Below are positions 17,563 to 20,000 of a stretch of DNA of 20,000 bases, piece by piece. Below the pieces are notes generated by a model. The model was not told where the DNA came from. It saw only the letters and a list, made by a program, of their open reading frames with translations, and made no database searches. This DNA comes from an uncultured virus (IMG/VR IMGVR_UViG_3300022822_000015). Its lineage: Duplodnaviria; Heunggongvirae; Uroviricota; Caudoviricetes. Within the stretch, counting starts at the first letter, position 1. Every line of letters begins with the position of its first letter. A program made the translations under genes and the position numbers. The stretch lies in IMG/VR virus record IMGVR_UViG_3300022822_000015; one strand, given 5' to 3'.

Positions 17563-17693
17563 TATGTGTCACCTGTGATTATTGCGACTCTCGCCGCTGA
17601 TCTAGCGTCTGTAATATTAGTAGGCACTGGCTCACCACTATCTACGTCACAACTTATATACCAGTTAGCTGTTATGCAGTTTATAAGTTCCAT
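17562..17693 (-). CDS. 43-aa fibre-associated small protein or truncated remnant (MELINCITANWYISCDVDSGEPVPTNITDARSAARVAIITGDT)
   Basis: Not in the ORF track. AAGGA RBS and TAATG coupling to the 780-aa gene; resembles the TDWY..R..E.G..IP..I...R..AR..I motif of small tail-associated proteins. Confidence 0.5.
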   Translation of the reverse strand: MELINCITANWYISCDVDSGEPVPTNITDARSAARVAIITGDT

Positions 17694-17778
17694 GTGTTCC
17701 TTTTAGTTTCCTCTCGGTAAGTGCTTTAAAAGATTCTTTCAACTCGTTAAATAAGTTACGTTTGGCGGTATCGCTCAC
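17665..17778 (-). CDS. 37-aa mini-ORF resembling the N-terminus of HigA2-type antitoxins (MSDTAKRNLFNELKESFKALTERKLKGTHGTYKLHNS)
   Basis: Not in the ORF track. GGAG RBS 8 nt before a GTG start; KRNLFNELKESFKAL resembles the R(D/N)LF.EL motif. Confidence 0.4.
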   Translation of the reverse strand: MSDTAKRNLFNELKESFKALTERKLKGTHGTYKLHNS

Positions 17779-17798
17779 TTAGGATGCTCCATCTGTTA

Positions 17799-18047
17799 TT
17801 AACCAGCTGTGTAACCGTTGCCTGTAGTGATAGCGCTATCTGCGTCTACCATACTTTCGTTGCCCCAATCGTCTTTTGCTTTCATTAAGACAAGATGCTC
17901 GACATTTCTATCTACACATGATTGTCTTTCTTCAGCGGTCTCATCGACCATTCTTACTCCTGCAATAACATCGTTGATGAGTGCTATTGAGTGACCCATT
18001 GCTGTAAAGTCTTGTAGTAATTCTACTTCAGTTCTTTTTTCGTTCAT
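17799..18047 (-). CDS. Small fibre-associated hypothetical protein, 82 aa
   Basis: AMGHSIALIN...VDRNVEHLVLMKAKDDW motif; ATGA overlap with the S74 fibre gene. Confidence 0.55.
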   Translation of the reverse strand: MNEKRTEVELLQDFTAMGHSIALINDVIAGVRMVDETAEERQSCVDRNVEHLVLMKAKDDWGNESMVDADSAITTGNGYTAG

Positions 18048-19999
18048 TTTGTCTGTCCTTCTAAGGTTAAAATACGGGCTTCTAAATCATCGTTCTTGGT
18101 TGATAGTTCTTGTAACGCTTTGACAAGCACTGGGATTAATGCTGTATCCACCATGCGAAGTTTGTCTTCGTCTTCATTGTCTACAATGACGGGGCTATCA
18201 CCCTCAAGCGCCAATACGTCTTGAGCTTTGAAGCCATAGCGCACACCGCCATTGGTTTCTTCAGAGTCCCGCGCAGTGCGGAACTGATACGCCGTGGGCT
18301 GCAACGCTTTGACAAACTCAAGGCCGTGGGGAACAGGCGCGAAGTTAATCTTGTCCCGCGCATCTGACACAACTGTCCATGCCACTTGAATGTAGGCATT
18401 GGTAACACCCGTCGAACCCATGCAAAAACGGTTATTTTCGGTCGTTGGGTTGAAGACTGGTGCGTTAGAGCCTGCTGAATTGCGCGGATTGATTGCTGTG
18501 TTTCCGCTACCCGTGGTGTTGCTATAGAGCGCGTCTGCTCCACTAGCTGTGTTGTCACTACCCGTGGTGTTGTTATAAAGGGATGTGTATCCACTAGCTG
18601 TGTTATTAACGCCTGTCGTGTTGCTATAAAGTGCGCTTCGTCCACTAGCCGTATTATTAACGCCCGTGGTGTTGCTATAGAGCGCGTTAAGTCCACTAGC
18701 TGTGTTGCTATGACCTGTGGTGTTGTTATAGAGTGCGTTTACTCCACTAGCTGTGTTGCTATATCCAGTAGTGTTGTTATAAAGGGATGTGTATCCACTA
18801 GCTGTGTTATTATATCCTGTCGTGTTGCTATAAAGTGCGCTTTGTCCACTAGCCACGTTATTAACGCCAGTAGTGTTGCTAAAGAGTGCGTTTTGTCCAC
18901 TAGCTGTGTTGTTACTACCAGTGGTGTTGCTATAGAGTGCGCTTCGTCCACTAGCTGTGTTGCCACTACCAGTAGTGTTGTTATAGAGTGCGTTTACTCC
19001 ACAGGCCGCGTTGTTATATCCAGTAGTGTTTAGATAAAGCGCCCGAAACCCACTAGCAATGTTGTTATATCCTGTGGTGTTGCTATAGAGTGCGTCCCTC
19101 CCACTAGCCGTGTTGCTAGTACCAGTAGTGTTGCTATAAAGTGCGTTTTGTCCACTAGCCGTGTTATTAGCGGCCGTGGTGTTGCTATAGAGTGCGTTCA
19201 ACCCGATGGCGGTGTTGCTACTACCCGTGGTGTTGCTATGGAGCGATTGTAACCCACTAGCCGTGTTATTATTACCAGTAGTGTTGGTTTGAAGTGCGTC
19301 TTGTCCACTAGCCGTGTTATTAACGCCTGTAGTGTTGCTATAAAGTGCGCTTTTTCCACTTGCAATGTTGTTATATCCAGTCGTGTTGCTATAAAGTGCC
19401 TCTGTTCCACTAGCTGTGTTGCTATATCCAGTGGTGTTGCTATAGAGTGCGCTTTGTCCACTAGCTGTGTTGTTATATCCAGTCGTGTTGCTATAAAGTG
19501 CCTCTGCTCCACTAGCTGTGTTGCTATATCCAGTGGTGTTGCTATAGAGTGCGCTTTGTCCACTAGCTGTATTATTATATCCTGTCGTGTTAGAACCTAT
19601 TGAACTTGTTCCGACAGCAGTATTATGAAAACCAGTTGTGGTGGCATATAAAGATTGGAAGCCTATAGCTACGTTATTATTTGAGGTGGTGCCCGAGGCT
19701 AACGCACTTTCCCCTATTGCAGTATTTTGTGTTCCAGTAGTAAGAAGTCCACCAGATTCACTGCCAATAAAAGTGTTTCTTGCACCAGTAGTAATAGCAT
19801 CACCTGCGTTATAACCAACTGCCGTGTTGTTACTACCTGTAGTGTTGGTATAGAGCGCCCGAAACCCACTTGCTGTGTTATTATCGCCTGTGGTAATCGC
19901 AGTTCCTGCACCATCTCCAATCAGCGTGTTATTATTACCACCTGCAACGATTGAGTCGCCAGCGCCAGCGCCTGCCACAAAATTGCCTGTTCCTGCTGT
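18044..19999 (-). CDS. Tail fibre/spike with YadA-head-like 17-aa repeats and a C-terminal peptidase S74 intramolecular chaperone (start lies beyond the right edge)
   Basis: The frame stays open upstream of 19978 (TAGTGNFVAGAGAG...). About 28 NTTGxxNTAxGxxALxx repeats; S-D-A-R-D-K autocleavage motif, GLEFVKALQP, YGFKAQDV and a terminal coiled coil LIPVLVKALQEL. Confidence 0.85.
   Translation of the reverse strand, partial: TAGTGNFVAGAGAGDSIVAGGNNNTLIGDGAGTAITTGDNNTASGFRALYTNTTGSNNTAVGYNAGDAITTGARNTFIGSESGGLLTTGTQNTAIGESALASGTTSNNNVAIGFQSLYATTTGFHNTAVGTSSIGSNTTGYNNTASGQSALYSNTTGYSNTASGAEALYSNTTGYNNTASGQSALYSNTTGYSNTASGTEALYSNTTGYNNIASGKSALYSNTTGVNNTASGQDALQTNTTGNNNTASGLQSLHSNTTGSSNTAIGLNALYSNTTAANNTASGQNALYSNTTGTSNTASGRDALYSNTTGYNNIASGFRALYLNTTGYNNAACGVNALYNNTTGSGNTASGRSALYSNTTGSNNTASGQNALFSNTTGVNNVASGQSALYSNTTGYNNTASGYTSLYNNTTGYSNTASGVNALYNNTTGHSNTASGLNALYSNTTGVNNTASGRSALYSNTTGVNNTASGYTSLYNNTTGSDNTASGADALYSNTTGSGNTAINPRNSAGSNAPVFNPTTENNRFCMGSTGVTNAYIQVAWTVVSDARDKINFAPVPHGLEFVKALQPTAYQFRTARDSEETNGGVRYGFKAQDVLALEGDSPVIVDNEDEDKLRMVDTALIPVLVKALQELSTKNDDLEARILTLEGQTK
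18490..19950 (-). repeat. Coding tandem repeat, 51-bp / 17-aa unit, about 28 copies
   Basis: Recurring ccactagc(t/c)gtgtt and gtgttgctata(g/a)agtgc at 51-nt spacing; in frame within the fibre gene. Confidence 0.9.
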
Positions 20000-20000
20000 G

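Noticed and set aside
18490..19950. Regularly spaced repeats superficially like a CRISPR array
   Set aside because: The period is exactly 51 nt, in frame in a fibre gene; the variable parts are a few codons, not unique spacers, and there are no cas genes.
14601..19954. Alternative-frame and antisense ORFs within the nuclease and fibre genes (e.g. 15005-15190, 18181-18696, 18739-18966, 19198-19563)
   Set aside because: They overlap stronger ORFs; most are by-products of stop-free repeat periodicity, with no RBS or independent motif.
18044..19999. Diversity-generating retroelement acting on the fibre
   Set aside because: No reverse transcriptase, no separate template/variable repeat pair, and differences between units are not adenine-specific.

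Overview
The whole window is the minus-strand late (virion and lysis) region of an AT-rich N4-like phage (Schitoviridae-type gene order). In transcription order, right to left: a 17-aa-repeat tail fibre with a C-terminal peptidase S74 chaperone (start outside the window), small fibre-associated ORFs, a modular 780-aa fibre/receptor-binding protein, a free-standing Endonuclease VII-type nuclease, a fibre chaperone, an M15 peptidase endolysin, two holin-like genes, portal, gp58-like, gp57-like, major capsid protein, gp55-, gp54-, gp53-, gp52- and gp51-like genes, and the first ~409 codons of a gp50/vRNAP-like ORF that the ORF track missed. The main anomaly is a two-gene insert between the gp54- and gp53-like genes: an acyl carrier protein (LDSL, Ser35) and a GNAT-like protein. 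It sits directly upstream of a virion protein beginning Met-Gly plus an acidic amphipathic helix, suggesting a phage-encoded fatty-acylation system for virion/ejection proteins (inference). Also notable: a split Calx-beta domain inside gp53, an unannotated 37-aa ORF resembling the toxin-neutralising N-terminus of HigA2-type antitoxins, and no recognisable spanin. All family assignments come from motif recognition and synteny by eye; no database searches were run.
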